A DNA stretch of 64,000 nucleotides from Iphione sp. A-MEVVRFRX5 (lineage: Eukaryota): positions 47,492,001-47,556,000 of the forward strand of contig OZ320313.1 of NCBI GenBank assembly GCA_976226885.1, in the 5' to 3' direction. Shown here piece after piece: positions 63,501 through 64,000 of the stretch (position 1 is its first letter; the number at the start of each line of letters is the position of its first letter). The notes beneath the pieces were generated by a model, which searched no databases, was not told where the DNA came from, and worked only from the letters and a program-made list of their open reading frames with translations. The position numbers and the translations under genes are program-made.

Positions 63501-64000
63501 ACAAATAGGTATCTGTCCCCTATCTCACTAAGCATCCCATTATCTACGAGCCAAAGGGTCTTATTCGCTGTTTCCGCTGCCTTTCAAGTATTACTTTAGA
63601 TTCTACTGCACCAGTATCTTAATGTTTTTGCAGATTCAGTGACTGGCGACATCATCTTACACATTTATAACACTTGGGACACAGACGACCCAGTACGTTA
63701 TTGACCAGGTGAGGTAAGGTATTTAAGTTTCCTTTGTACAGCGTGGCATCGCCTTGACAAAAAACAATTCACTCTTGCCAGTATTAAATCGTACAAACGT
63801 CTATACAGCAACCACTACATCGTAACCAACACGTCAGAAGTATCAGCGCTAAGACATTGAAATAATTTTTATTCCGATCCTCACCCTGAGTAGGGCATTG
63901 TTATAGATACAGATATTTGCATAAAGTATAATACAGAGAGACGAGTTTCGTACACTATACCATATTGTCAGAGATCAAAGATTAACATTTCGTAAAAAAG

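Noticed and set aside
63635-63715. Exon-like segment (ttttgcag ... ccag|gtgagg)
   Set aside because: All three frames contain stops and no partner exon is visible. More likely non-coding or repeat-derived.

Overview
Eukaryotic, AT-rich, repeat-dense scaffold, probably a marine invertebrate (organism not established), with two N-gaps (22286-22452, 28762-28932). The ORF track is mostly noise here because the genes are spliced. Contents read by hand: (1) 1-4487, the 5' part of a GC-rich Ty3/Gypsy LTR retrotransposon on the minus strand (5' LTR, tRNA-Leu PBS, truncated gag, RT-RNaseH-integrase). It is inactivated by an internal deletion, stop codons and an RT catalytic D>N change. (2) A two-exon four-pass membrane protein gene of probable claudin/PMP22 type (23029-42413, about 18.7 kb intron). 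(3) A multi-exon MS4A/CD20-like gene (about 50602-55883). (4) A phase-consistent chain of small exons encoding a disordered protein (9206-10568). (5) Many non-autonomous DNA transposons with TIRs and TSDs (TA-flanked pogo/Tc1-mariner type, TWA-flanked PIF/Harbinger type, CCC...GGG-ended CMC-like), plus CR1/L2, pogo-transposase and possible Penelope relics. The most unusual signals are: one 31-bp minisatellite module inside three MITEs with different TIRs; a second 40-41-bp module shared across other MITE families; a perfect 15-nt complementarity between the gag region and LTR U3; a gag frame that starts inside the LTR and reads through the PBS; and a tRNA-like A/B-box segment inside a CMC-like element. 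No database searches were run: family calls come from motifs recognised by eye, and coordinates were counted by hand (allow a few bases). I cannot show that any of these is previously undescribed.
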